64,000 bases of DNA, from positions 1 through 64,000 of the forward strand of contig CP089280.1 of the NCBI GenBank assembly GCA_023920165.1, read 5' to 3'. The position numbers and the translations under genes are program-made. The notes beneath the pieces were generated by a model. It saw nothing but the letters and a program-made list of their open reading frames with translations, was not told where the DNA came from and ran no database searches. Shown here piece by piece: positions 1 to 12,519 of the stretch; the first letter of the stretch is position 1, and each line of letters opens with the position of its first letter. This stretch comes from Curvularia clavata. Its lineage: Eukaryota.

Positions 1-55
1 CAGTTACGTATTGCTAAGGTTAAAGAACGACTTCCATACTCGTGTGACAGCACCT
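1..55 (+). other. Untrimmed Oxford Nanopore adapter end plus native barcode (artefact, not genomic)
   Basis: CAGTTACGTATTGCT (ligation adapter 3' end, 1-15), AAGGTTAA flank (16-23), 24-nt AGAACGACTTCCATACTCGTGTGA (24-47; matches ONT barcode 13 as I recall it), CAGCACCT flank (48-55). Confidence 0.95.
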
Positions 56-174
56 CCCTAACCCTAACCCTAACCCTAACCCTAACCCTAACCCTAACCC
101 TAACCCTAACCCTAACCCTAACCCTAACCCTAACCCTAACCCTAACCCTAACCCTAACCCTAACCCTAACCCTA
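56..174 (+). repeat. Telomeric repeat (CCCTAA)n, about 20 units; left chromosome end
   Basis: Perfect CCCTAA array immediately after the adapter. Confidence 0.99.
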
Positions 175-2393
175 TTTACTACTTCTCTTAGGCTATCTCT
201 TCTAGGAAAGTGTATCGCGGTGCACTTATCCTATAGGTACCTTACGTATTCTACATTAGTATACTCTAACTATATCTAGCTGTATTTGGGGTATCTGGGA
301 ATACTAGTTAGATTCCAGTCGGATTCTTGCTTAGCTTGCCAATATGTCGGGCAGAAGTCATAGGTGCAACCTGTCTAGTAGATCTACGCGTGCTTATAGT
401 TATTTGCGTGATACTAATAAGGACTTAGTTGGTACTGATTATTGCGTGTCTAGTTAGCTTGTATCTTTTTAGCCTATTAAGATATTATTATGGAGTTTTT
501 TTTGTCTTTAGGGAACTCTATATTTCCTCGTAGTTGTTGGATATTAGCCGTAATATGCGTGTAGTCTAGTAGTTTCTAATTGGTTATAATGGAAAAGAAG
601 TTGATGTCTGATCTGAGATTCTATATATCTTTATATATATAAAGAAGTACGTTAGGCTCGTTATAATTATATCTATAAAGGGGTTAACTTAAGAGTTGTT
701 GTAGTATATTAGTCTATAGTTCTACACATTTCAGATCATCCCTTACGTGTAGGATTTCTAGTGAGGCGCTGTCGTAGCGCGGAGTAGCTAGTTAGTATTT
801 CTTTTTAAACTTAGCTATTTTCTTATATTTAGTCTTATATATAGGAGTTTCTTCTTTTTTACTAGATATTTTATACTCTTTATTACTACTTAGTTTAGCT
901 TTAGTAGTATCCTTAGACGTAGTAAGCGTGACATTCTCTAGTCCGCTAATAAGTCCTTCATCATCCAGATAATATCAGATCTTAGCTAGAGTAATAACAT
1001 TCCATCCCTCGTCGTTATCTAATTCCGATTTCCTGCGTAGTACATTGAGTTGTCGTTTGACCTTATTAGTATCTTTACTTCGACAGTCTCGTACTATATA
1101 GCCTTCCTTACTATAGATGTAGTAGTTAAACTTCTTCTTACCTTTAGATAGTTTCTTATTAAACTTATAGTACCTATAGCCTTTATTAATATTATTAAGA
1201 TATATTAGTTCTATACTATATCTATAATAGGCTTCTAGGGTTCTAGGCGCGTAGTTTCGCTGTCAACCTTTGTTTGGGTGAGCACGTTAATAGCTATACT
1301 TCTTAGATCGTTTATTCGTGTATCTCTAGTTACGCGTTCCTTTACTAAACAGTCGTTCTTCTAATAAGAGTTCGTAGAGTTCGTTATCTAGTCGAATAGA
1401 TTCTTCAATAAGTTCTTCTAATATATTAATACTAGCTCCACTTCGTATGAGTTCCCTACGTACAGTAGGTTTAAGACCTTGCCTGTATATATGTATAAAG
1501 GCATTATTATCCTATTCTACAACCATAGCGTACTATTAAAATAGTGTAGTATAGTTAGTAGCGGACTACGTCTAGTGAAATTCTTAGATTTTTTATTCTG
1601 TAATAACTAATTTTTTAAATAGTAAGAAGTTCTATTATATCTTAGTTTTAAAGGCGTCCCAGTCCTTAACTAAAGCTATATTATTAGTATTCTAGATAGA
1701 GTTATCTATATAGCGTTTAATAATAGGGTTAGCCTACTTCTTAGCATTACCGCGAAGATATAAGATAGCTACGATAATCTTATTAGTGTTATCGATCTTA
1801 TCTCTTTTAAGATAGAAGTGTCAGTCGACCTAGAAGAACTAAGCTTTAAGCTTCTTATATTCTCTATAGTATAAGTCAGGCTTATATCTATAAGTAGTAG
1901 ATCCTCCAGTCTAGAAAGCGTTAGGAGTGTTTATAGCAATATCGCTTATTATAAGAGTATTTAAAGTGTTAAGAGTATAATCTTAAGTAGAAGTAATATA
2001 AGACTTCTAGTATCAAGATCTTTTTAAGTTAGTTTTCGCGGATAAAGTAATAGTATATTATAAATAAAGGTTCTACAGTAACTATTATATTATAGATACT
2101 ATACTCGTAACTTAAGTTGAACATATTAAGCCATAAGGGCTCAATACCTATTCCTATATACCTATAGTGCTCGCAACCCTTAGTCAGAGAAGTCCGAGTA
2201 ACCCTCAGTAGCTTATATACGAGGAGCATTCCTCTATAGCTTATGCACGAGGAGTCTGCCAAGACCCTTCCTCGGACATGCGCCACTGAGGAGGTCACGT
2301 AATGCGTGCCCCCGCGTTACATATGGCTAGGTCGACTGGTCGTCGATGCTTCTTAACTTAACCGCCGTGCCTCCTCCTCCCAGGTTCGTAACA
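175..2393 (-). mobile_element. Truncated, RIP-degraded Ty3/Gypsy LTR retrotransposon (5' LTR, gag, start of pol)
   Basis: The minus strand starts TGTTACG at 2393 (LTR start; LTR about 2090-2393). Gag-like KPDLYY.E.KKL.A.FF near 1880. Degenerate CCHC knuckle near 1080-1135 (KKFNYYIYSKEGYIVRDCR). Protease-like (D)LxSDINF near 600-620. Strong TpA excess and many stops. Confidence 0.8.
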
Positions 2394-3429
2394 GGTTGTC
2401 GCGTAGTATCGACTTAGTGGGCGTGATTGTCTACCTCTATTACACCGTGTGGCTCGCGAAGCCGTGGGGTACGTTAATCTGTTTTTTCACTCTACTGTAT
2501 ATTATATTACACTAGAATAATCAGTTCAAATTATTGTTGTGCTTACCTTTTGGTAGGTTGGCGTAGCCGAATGGTTTGTCACGTAGTATCAACTTAGTGG
2601 GTATTGGTGCCCACCTCCATTACATCGCTTAGTCTCTTTCACACTGCTGCTTTAATTAAATCTATGCTTAATTACTATGCTAAGCGGACTCTAACCTCTC
2701 CGTAGTATTCTGCCCATGCTGCACTGCTGGTGGGGAGAAGAAGGCTGTAGTTACCGTTAGTGCTTCCGTGAAACCTAAGAATGGCACTGAAGTGATGGCA
2801 TCCTATACTGGTAGTGCCGTAATTGGCGATCCCAGCCATGAGGCCGGCCACGATCTTGGCTGAAACATTGTCACCATCAATTAAAACTGCTAGACTGGCA
2901 TCCTTCGTCGTTATTGCTACTCAGCAGGATGATAGTGCGTGGGATACCTCGATGCGCTAGTCCTAGTAGAGTGTGGATGATGAGACTTCTTCGCATCCCA
3001 AGGTTGGCTTCTGCTATACCTAGGTAAAAAGATGACTTATCATTCCTGTAGCAGTCCCTGTTGGCCTCAGCAAACTATGCGCTTACGGTTAATTGAACGG
3101 ATCGTGTGTGTGTCGGAAGGGATGTTTTGCAGCTTGCCACTCGCGATAGCTCTCGTGAGGGTATGATGGCGTGCTTCTGCATCGCGCCAATAATCTCAAC
3201 AATTCGAACATGCCCGTTGCGTTGACCAATGAGTAGTTCAGCGTGCGGCTACCATTGCACCTGCTTGCTCTGATCGAATTTCGCGGAAATTGCTAGCGTG
3301 TCGCGTTGGAACATGCAATCGTCACCTTCGAGTGCAAATGCGTGCAGACCGCTGCGTGTCGTATCCTATTGCGTTGATTTTGGACGCAGCCCCTCTTGCG
3401 GTCATCCCCGACCATCCTCAGTCTTCACG

Positions 3430-4565
3430 ATGACCCAGCAGCCTATCAGCATAATTGGTGCAGGTATAGGAGGGTTGACTTTGGCCCAATGTCTTCTGAA
3501 ACACGGTATCCCAGCGGTTCTGTACGAGCGCATGCCTTCTACACCTCGACACAGCTACGGTGTCACACTCCACGCATCATCCTATCGGCCACTTCTCAAA
3601 GTTCTGGACATAGACGAATGGACGTTCAAGCGCCGTATCGCAGTAGACGGCGCAATAGGCGGTAGCGGAAAGATCAATCCACGAGCCCTCGTTCGCCCGG
3701 GAGACATTAATGCAGATTCCTTCGAGCTCATCGCGAGAAGCTGGAGCGACTTCTTCGCGAAGGGCTGAACGTCCAATGGGAACATGCACTGGAAAAGGTC
3801 GAAGAAGGGCCTTCAGACATGAGCCTTCACTTGAAAGGTGGCCGGACGCTGGACAGCAGTGTCATAATCGGTGTTGACGGGCCACACTCAAACACAAGGA
3901 AGTCACTATCGCCCAATACACCATTGGAAGTCCTACCATTTGTCGCTTTCAACGGCAAACGCCGAGTGAAGAAAGCTCTCTGGGATAGCGTATATGCACC
4001 TCACATGCAAGACTCAACTATGATAGAGCTGAAGCGCGGAGACGTGGCCATGAACATTCAGGTCAATGAGAAAATGGGAGACCTAGTGAGTATAAGCTGG
4101 GTGTATTCGCGACCAGCACACAACACTTCCGACCCACTTTACAGGCCAAGCCGTCCCGTCTCCGGAGCGACTGATATTCCCGACGAGTTTTACGAGGAGA
4201 TCGGAGCCCTCGAGGATCTGAAACAGCCTTTTCGGGAAGTTTTCGACAAGGAAAAGCTACAGATGGAGAGAGTGCTGTCTTGGCTTATGCGCACTGTGGA
4301 GGTGGAACTGAAGGAACTTCAAGAGCTGGCGAAGAATGGGGTCTTCTTCATGGGTGATGCTGTCCACGCTGAGCCCATCATTGGAGGCGAGGGTGCCAAC
4401 ACGGCTATCAGGGATGGCGTGAGCCTCGCGGAGTGTATGTCTACGAACGGCGTGGAGGGTATTCCTGCCTGGTACGATGCGCAGTATCCAGGGTGGGAAG
4501 CCAGCATTCGGAAGAGCGAAAAAGCGATCGCTGAGATTCACGGCGACCCTAAGTCATCACTCTGA
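3430..4565 (+). CDS. FAD-dependent monooxygenase with one apparent 1-nt frameshift near 3722
   Basis: IIGAGIGGL Rossmann motif, IIGVDG and FMGDAVHAEPIIGGEGANTAIRDG motifs. The two ORFs join as DSF-RAHREKLERLLREGLNVQW if one base is restored. Confidence 0.85.
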
Positions 4566-5959
4566 TAATTGTAGTCTAGAGCAAATCACGGAGAACAGCT
4601 TAGTAACACAGAGAGGTGATTTAAACAAGAGTGATTCGAGAATATCATACAACAGCTAAATTTTACCTACGTTTAGAATACGCAAGCTGCCTGATAGCAG
4701 CTTTAATATCTAATTTTCTATTCTCTTAGGTACTATAGATCTTCTCTAGATACCTACTCTTAGCTGGAATAGGTATCTCCACTAAGTGAGGCTGTTATCA
4801 TAGTGTTCACGTGCGCTGCTGCAGGCTTAACCAATTGACGCTGGCATGACCACAACATCGGCCAATCACATTGACTTCTGTGCAGAACCAATCACATACG
4901 TCATCGACCTAGACACGTCTTGACAAAGGTCTCTACACGTTCTTCGACATCCCTCGATTCTCACCCAGGTAGACCCTGTCGCTCTATCCATCGCTCTCGG
5001 GTCTCGGAAAGGGCTCAGCAAGTTCATAATCGTCGCGCCCAATCTTTGCCTTCATCATCCCTCAGTTCTCGTCCATGTAGACCCCGCCGCTCTGTACCTC
5101 ATCCTCAGGTTTCGACTAGAGCCCAAGAAATTCATAGTCATCGGGCGCAACAGGCACGTCGGGCTGAACCTCTTGGCTCCGCTCATCTGTCTCACCTTCT
5201 GCAAAGGGCTCGATTGACTTCGGCTGAACGCGTCCTTGATCTTGCAGCCAGGAACCCAATCCCACCTCCAGTTTATTCCCCAAGACAAGAAGCGCCTCAC
5301 TGGGACAGTGCCGAAGGTCTCTGAAACGCCTTCAAAGAGAAAATAGAGTAGGACTACACAAGAATTGGATACGCTTCCCCTACTTGTTTGAAGATCCTTG
5401 CTTCGTCTTCGCTGCAAAACTGTTATCGAAGCCAAGCCTAGAGTAGTGCGAGTTGTACATCCGCACAACCTTATCGTCAGCCAGTTCATTGCGGCCCTTG
5501 TGGTCTTACCAAAGGAAGGAGGCCCCGTTACTCCGCAAACTCTGCAATATCAGCGGTGAAGCAGCTCACTCCTGTGGTACCGAGAGGAAATCTGATTCAG
5601 GTGTGAGTTACCAAGCGGGTAGGACCTATGGTAATGAAGTGAGGTGCTATCGACTCGTTCTTCAAGACTCCTACACCTAAGAAGCCCAAGTATGAAGCAA
5701 GTCTTCACAAGTTAAGCCATGCGTGTTATCCCTTCACTATTCTATATCTGCCTATTCCCTTTACCGAGTAGTTAGGCTTCGCAGCTTCCGAGGAGGGCAA
5801 GCTTATGAACGATCCGCTGGATTGGGACCTCGTGTATCATTAGCTGTATGTACCTTCTAGCGTTGCGCTAGGGCTCTTTGAGTTTCTGCGCCAGCAACTT
5901 CCCTTCTACTGCGTGTAGTACAATATTACTCGCGGCGGAGCCCAAATATAAATTAATAC

Positions 5960-6497
5960 TCTACGATTTACTACTGTGTTTGGTGTCAATGATAGATCTT
6001 GGTTCGGATCTGATGGCGGCATCGTTGACGCAAAGGCTAGAAAGCCGGTTGAAAAGACTTGCTATAAGTGCGTACCCCGCCTAATTCTGTAGTGTCTAGA
6101 GGAGCTAAAGGAAGTGACTAAGGGCACTACTAGCGAAACCTTTAACTTTTGTCTTGTAAACTACTACGCTGACGGTAAAGATAGCATATCGTACTACTTA
6201 GATGATGAAGGGTTCCTTGGTCTCAACCCGGCGCTCGCGTTGTTTGATCTTGGTGCGAAGCACGACTTCCTTATGAAACACAAGCCTGTCCTATCTAAGG
6301 AATGCGTCGTGACGGAGGAGCTAAAGGGCATTAAACTGCTATTGGGCTAAGGATATATGGTTTTAATGCGCGGCAAGACATAAGCGAACTGGCTCTATAG
6401 TATACTAAAGCGTGCAGGACCTGAGGCGAGCAAAGGAAGAATCAACATTACCTTTATGAAGGCTATTATTAAGGGAGGTACGGAGAATTACTACTAA
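5960..6497 (+). pseudogene. RIP-mutated AlkB/ALKBH2-like 2OG-Fe(II) dioxygenase fragment
   Basis: FNFCLVNYYADGKDSIS(Y)YLDDE ... LGAKHDFLMKHK ... MVLMRGKT*ANWLYSILKR ... GRINITF, with in-frame stops. Confidence 0.8.
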
Positions 6498-6502
6498 CTT
6501 AC

Positions 6503-7122
6503 TTATTAAAGACTACCCAGAGCGAGAACTTACAGAGAAAAAAGATAGATCTGTGGCAATATCTGGATTGCTTTCCCGTATCGCTCGCACGATAGATTGT
6601 GAAAGCAGATATGGTGCTTTGGAAGACTATCTTCACAGAAATCTTCTTTGGCATGCGACCAACCTCAACCTGCAGAAGATAAAATATGAGAGCTATATGC
6701 CATCATGGTCATGGATGGCATATGACGGAAGCGTTCGTTTCTTAAACGAGAAGGAGCTGACTATCAGCAGAATCCGTTGAAATACCAGCCTTCGCTTCTA
6801 TCAGAACCATAATTGCAAGCACGCATTAATTGCTGATCTGGGAAAGCTCTGTGATTGCAAGCTATACTTCGGTCAGGGCCAATATACGATTTTCGACCGT
6901 TCTGAGACATTCAGAGGATGGATCCGATATGATAACAACAACATCGCGAACCTTCTTGGAGGAGTATATTGTGTTGTTGTAGGAAGCACTGAGAACAGAT
7001 ATTACTACTACATACTGCTTGTTAAATCCACTCCTGTGGACGGCAAGTATGAACGAGTTGGGATAGGGCAAGTGACAAAGAAATGTCTCATGAGAACACA
7101 AGCCAATGTGCGAGTGGTTTGA
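6503..7122 (+). pseudogene. C-terminal fragment of a HET-domain (heterokaryon incompatibility) protein
   Basis: LIKDYPERELTEKKDRSVAISGL ... YLHRNLLW ... PSWSWMAYDG ... YERVGIG. In-frame stop at 6778-6780 and no N-terminal part. Confidence 0.75.
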
Positions 7123-7199
7123 ACACAGCGCGTTCAGAGTCCTAACATGTATTCTACAAAGGAAATATAGTAGGTGATACAAAAGTTAATAGAATATTG

Positions 7200-7395
7200 C
7201 CTGGATTGGATTACAGGACGAGATAGGTCAGAGATATTCAATAGTTAGCAGTCGCACATTGATGAGACGAATCACTGCTGAGCCAGTCCAGTGATTGTAG
7301 ACTATTCTTAGGAGTTAGTAACGCCATGGTGAATAAGCTGGCTAGGATAGACCTAGTCAGGGCTGGATTGATCGTAACTGGGCCAGATCCTGACA
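7200..7395 (-). mobile_element. Solo LTR-like repeat (left boundary approximate)
   Basis: Ends CCTGACA (TGTCAGG on the minus strand). Shares GACGAATCACT...AGTGATTGTAGACTATT with 13476-13520 and GGGCCAGATCCTGA with about 34170. Confidence 0.5.
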
Positions 7396-7811
7396 AACGC
7401 ACCAGAGCGGACTTGATAGTTTAGAGGGATTTCAAATAGTTGAGCATAATCTCTTATTCCTTGGGTAAATATACATATATATGGATGCAGACAGGGCAGT
7501 AGCAGGAGGTGCAGCGGGAGCTTACTTGAGACGAGAGCTCACTTGAAGGGGAGGGGGCTCACTCGTGGATGTCCATAGGTTAGGCACGGGCTGGGCACCA
7601 CAAGGTGACGCACGGTATACCCTTGAGAAAAGCATACTAAGCAATAGGCGTGTTCTTCACTGTCAAAACCAGCTTATTTCGTTTAAGGAGTTGTGGTACA
7701 GCACAAGAACATGGAAATATGCTTCAAAGATAGCGTGCTCTCGGCATGCTTAGAAATTCTCTATGAACCAGTCATACGCGGCCATTCCACTCGCGAACTT
7801 CTTCAACAGAA

Positions 7812-9847
7812 TTAGAAGCCCTGGCCAGGTTGAAACCCATGATTCTGCATCGACCCCGGCGCCTCCAGTGGTCCATCGAGAGCCTTCGCCTCCCACGAAT
7901 CAACACCATACTCCTTATCTAAGTTACCCATGAATTCCTTCGCCGTGTAGCTTACCAGGCACGACCGCTCAATACTCTGCATACCACCGATCTTGGACTC
8001 TGGAATTCGCACGTTGCCTTTTACCCACTCGTAGCTCACGCCATTTGCGCTCTTCTTCTGTTCCCGCTTGAAGCTCTTGAGTGATACGGGCTGGTAATCT
8101 TTGTCTAGTTGCTGCATCCTGTACCATACAGTGGGATGGATCTCCTCTTCCGTTTTTCCTGTTGCGCCTTGAGGAGGGTTCTCGTCGCGGTATTCGCCTG
8201 GTGTGCGGTACTTTGAGCCGGCTTTCTTCATCTTCCCTTCGAAGCTGTCGACGATGGGTCCCGTTGCCCAGCCTTGCAGAGCGTCGGCCGCGAGCACCTT
8301 GGACCGCGTCTTGTTGCCGTCGTTCCAAGGGTCAGTTTTGTCTTTGGCGAGCATGTCGTCGATTTTCTTGACAAGCCAGTTGTTTTTGTACTTAGCGTGA
8401 TCACTGAGGAGATTTTCTATGATAGGTTGCAAGAGGAGGAAGCGATCTTGGTGCCAGAGGGTTGCGGCGTTCAATTCGAAGGCGAGATGCTCTTTGAGTT
8501 GCTCTACCATCCAAGCGAGCGTGATCGTGGAGATTTCTATTTGGCATTTAATGAGTCACTTGGTTGTATAGAAAGTACTTGGTTTGACTCACGCTCAAAG
8601 TCGCCTAGTTTGTCTTTGAAGAGATCATCACTTCCTCCACCAATATTGATGTGGACGCCAGGGAACCAGACTTGCTTAAGCTTTGAATTGCTGCCTTTCA
8701 GCTCTTCGTGCATTTCAGCGTCAACGAGGTTTTCCCAAGCTTTCTGAATCTCGGCTTCAGGAGTATCATCCGTGTCGCGAAGCTTATTCAGTCTCTCTTT
8801 CAGCTCAGACACTGGCTTGTGAGCTTTTGCTGTGCCGTCATCTGGATAGAGATGCCACAATGTGGTATCGAAGGGCTTCCTGTGCTCATCCAGGGCCATG
8901 GCATGGTACGCGTGCTTGATGTCTGTAGACTAGAATCAGTATATTACATCTCCGCAAGTTAATATATGTATAGAACTCACAAGGGCTGAGCGCGACATTT
9001 CGGAAGCCAAACTCCTCGGCAGGGATTTTGTGAGCCAGAAAATTGATGCTATAACTGAACCAGCCTTCTACATCTGGGACACCGAGGGCTCCAACGGTAT
9101 CGAAGACACCAACGGCTTCAACCCACCGAGTTGACTCTGGTGCTGCACCATGAGGTCGTTTCTTCCATTGGTATGGAGATTGTCTGAATCCTTCGGGAAG
9201 GTCTTTCTGGGTTGCATCGAAGAGACGCACGCCGTTGACCCATTCGCGCCATGCCTTTGACTTCCTGAACATGTTACTGTCCTTGTAGTGCTGATAGGTA
9301 CGGTAGAGTTCCGGAAAGTCCCTACACCCAATAATAAGTCGATGATTATCCTGTTCCACTACGAATCATGAGGGGAGAGAATAAACAAACTAAATGAGCG
9401 ATGAACGTACTGCATATCCCTCGGCTTGACAATACCGATGTCTGTGACTAATCCAGCAACAGCACGCGCCGTATAGGCGCCACGAGAGAATCCGAAGCAG
9501 AAAACCTGATCACCGGGATTGTAATTCAATACAATGAAGTTGTACGCCTCAATGACATTGCCCACAAAACCAGAGCCTGTCATGCCTTGTCGGGTGGCTT
9601 CCATGGAGCTAACACCAGTACCAATGCCGGCATCGTAGTAAACAAGCTGCTGCCATTGCTCGCCGTTCGTATCCTTGCCAACCCTAAGGAGGTAGCGTGC
9701 GATCTGGGTTATGTTTGACGGAACATTCTCCACGTTAGAAACGGACGATTGCCATGTGCCATCGCAGCAAACGACGATGCGTTTTGGAGCAGGCTTCAAG
9801 GTGATGTCTTGGAAGCCGCTCCGCCTGAAATCTTGATCAAAACTCAT
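7812..9847 (-). CDS. DUF2235 / Tle1-like alpha/beta-hydrolase (putative phospholipase), 4 exons
   Basis: KRIVVCCDGTW, GFSRGAYTAR, VGVFDTVGALG, ALALDEHRKPF and QVWFPGVHINIGGG motifs across ORFs separated by GT-AG introns (about 9409-9321, 8981-8927, 8592-8537). Confidence 0.92.
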
Positions 9848-11058
9848 GGTGTAAACAAGCTCTAAGTGAGAGATATCGAAGTTAACGGATCGCTTCCTCG
9901 ACCCACTACTTATACTGCTGAAAACTGCATTTACCTAGGCTCTCGCTCGCTTCGTCTGAAAATGGGAATCTATAGGTCTCATGGAGACGTACAGTAGCAT
10001 CTTCTCACCGCTCTGATGCTATCCAATTAGCGACACCACCTCTATCAAAGGCCGGGCCAATTCAATTGTTCGGCCAGCCAAGCGAAACCAGTTAGCAGTG
10101 GCAATAGACTAGAAGAGATAGGCTAACGCATTGTTTTTCAGCTGGAGTCTGATACGCCCTGTGTAGAACGAGTCTAGACAGCGCGCCATCCTGCGGCTAC
10201 AGTGCCCGTGCGTTATAGTGCCCGTGCATAAATTAATCACTGTCGCGAATTGATCACCTATTGTTATGGGATGAGCCCTATCATGAAACTGTAGGGTGCC
10301 AATAGTCATTGTATTGCTTAAGGTGGGAAGAGCTATATGTAAAGGGCTCTGCCCATATTCGTTACTAAAGAGAGCTATGTGTTGTTATCACGTGACTAGA
10401 CAAGTACACTTAGCTAGTCTCCGTGCAAGGGGCTGCGGTCCGCGCAGCAATGGCTTTGATATACAAGAGATTGTATTCGATAGAGAGCTAGCTACTACTA
10501 CTTGCGAGGTCTTTGTTTACTTATCGGAGAAAAGGTTACGCCGAGAGTCCGAGCGCTACTCGGTGTTGTACAGAATCCGGGTGCTACCCAGAGCACCCAG
10601 ATTCTGTGCGAAAACTGAGATCCCATCGAGGAGCCGCTAGAAGGGCGTCTAGCCTATTACATTGTTCTGCAGTAGCTGCACGCGACTGCGTTTAGTGGTA
10701 GTGCCTGCGCATTAAAGTTAATAGTGCAATACTAAGATTTTTAGTAGCTATACGGTATAAGATTTGTCCTTCTAGACCTTGCGAATCGATTGTAGAAATC
10801 GTTTTTTAGATAATAGCTGTTATGGTGGTGGGGTTGTCGCATGTTGAATGTGGGGTGTTGCATTGTCTGAACTATTACACGCACTGACCACCTACAGTAA
10901 CCGATGCCTGCGTCACGAAGAGGCAGAACGATCGCGCCTGGCTGACCACTGTCAGCATTCCCAACATGCTGCCTGCCATATGGTAAGTATAAGAAGCTCA
11001 GATACTGGGTTCGCAACATCCTTAATTCCTGGCTGATCATAATCGTACAGACTCTACC

Positions 11059-11702
11059 ATGGCGAAATTGCTCCCCCTTCTGCACGTCCTCAACATACTC
11101 ATTGGTACCCTTTGCGCTACTGTTCTCGGTCTCACCGCCCGCTCTATCATAGTGAAACATAGAGTCGACGATGTTGTCCCGAAGAGTGTCAAGACAGTAG
11201 GAACCTCCATGCTCATGTGGGCTGGATGTGGCGGCATTGTGGACATGGTGCTCCTGCTGTGCCTCATCAGCGCGAAGTCCTATCGCCGCAATACGGCAAG
11301 TAATCACACATTGGCGAAGATTCGAATATTGGCTAATCAACCCAGGAAATCAAACCAACTGCGCTATTCCAGAATACCACGCTCTTCGTCGCGACATTTA
11401 TCTTGCTTCGGCCCCTGATCGTCCTCAGTTACACTTTCACCGAGCATCACGACGATACCCCCGAGCGGTGGGGATGCGAAATTGGCACTGGTGATAACGC
11501 GCGCTCGCTTTGCCGCGACCTGCGTGCGGCGAGGTATTTGCTCATCCCAATCCTTATCTTAGCCGGGGGATTACTCGCGACGGCCGTATGGAAGAGACTC
11601 GGCGACAACAACAACAACAACAACAACAACAACAGCACTTCTGGGCTGCTCCGTAATGTGGCAGAGGAGGCGCAGTCAACCCATCCCAAAACTTCAAGAT
11701 GA
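11059..11702 (+). CDS. Small multi-pass membrane protein, 2 coding exons
   Basis: Four hydrophobic segments. The ORFs join in frame through a GC-AG intron at 11296-11345 with a GCTAAT branch point. An upstream UTR intron lies at about 10983-11050. Confidence 0.7.
11607..11633 (+). repeat. (AAC)9 microsatellite encoding poly-Asn
   Basis: Seen directly in the sequence. Confidence 0.95.
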
Positions 11703-11718
11703 AAGAGATTAGACGTAT

Positions 11719-12519
11719 ATGCCCCCGCCGCAGGCAAGAAAGCGCCTATCAATGTGCTTGACGGCACAGTGGAACGTTGCGGCCCTGACCGTCGCAGAAC
11801 GCCAGGGTCTTCTAGACGGCCCAAAGGCAGACATCTTCATCGTGGGGAAGCTCGCATTTCCCAACGCGCCTATCAGCGCACTCATGGCCTGGTCATATAC
11901 CATGAACGCCCACTTCGAAGCTAACCCTCTCGCCCGAACTGTCACTCTGAAGTCCTCTGCTGACCTTACCGCCGTGCAAACCGTCCTCAAGTCAACCATC
12001 ACGACGTCTGGCATGGGCGGTGAGAACATCGCATTCGTCTGCAAGGGCACAACCTTGGTGCAACTCGGCCTCGTCTACCAGGCTGGCGTCGCCCTCGGCA
12101 TGGACCAGCGCGTCAACTACCACGCCAAACTCCTCAAGAACCTCATTTCCGAAAACCTCATCTCCTACGAGGCTCTCAACATGATCGTCAAGAACATTCC
12201 ATCTACTGACGTCATGTTCCAGCACCTTACGCAGGACCTAGCCTACCGCCGATACAAGCGCACGATCCCTAACGCGGAGGAATTCGAGGCCTGGCTGCAG
12301 GAGCACGTCGCATTGAAGGATGCTACGGGTCAGGCTGACGCGCCTCACAAGGCGATCCGGAAGGCTGCTCGCATTGCAAAGGCGCAGGAGGAGAAGCGAC
12401 AGGAGGCCATGTATTGGGCCCGCGTCGCAGAGCTGAAGAAGAAGACTGACGCGGCAAAGGGATCCATTGTCTTGTTGACGCAGGAACAGGCGGGGCTAAG
12501 CCGGGAGTTGGGCATATAG
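11719..12519 (+). CDS. Hypothetical protein, 266 aa (possibly a degenerate BTB-like fold)
   Basis: Long ATG-initiated ORF with coding-like codon bias; no motif recognised with certainty. Confidence 0.7.
   Translation: MPPPQARKRLSMCLTAQWNVAALTVAERQGLLDGPKADIFIVGKLAFPNAPISALMAWSYTMNAHFEANPLARTVTLKSSADLTAVQTVLKSTITTSGMGGENIAFVCKGTTLVQLGLVYQAGVALGMDQRVNYHAKLLKNLISENLISYEALNMIVKNIPSTDVMFQHLTQDLAYRRYKRTIPNAEEFEAWLQEHVALKDATGQADAPHKAIRKAARIAKAQEEKRQEAMYWARVAELKKKTDAAKGSIVLLTQEQAGLSRELGI

Noticed and set aside
4800..5880. ORFs 4920-5324 and 5055-5489 as genes
   Set aside because: Low-complexity translations with internal short repeats and no motifs; more likely an LTR or leader-type relic, which I could not delimit.
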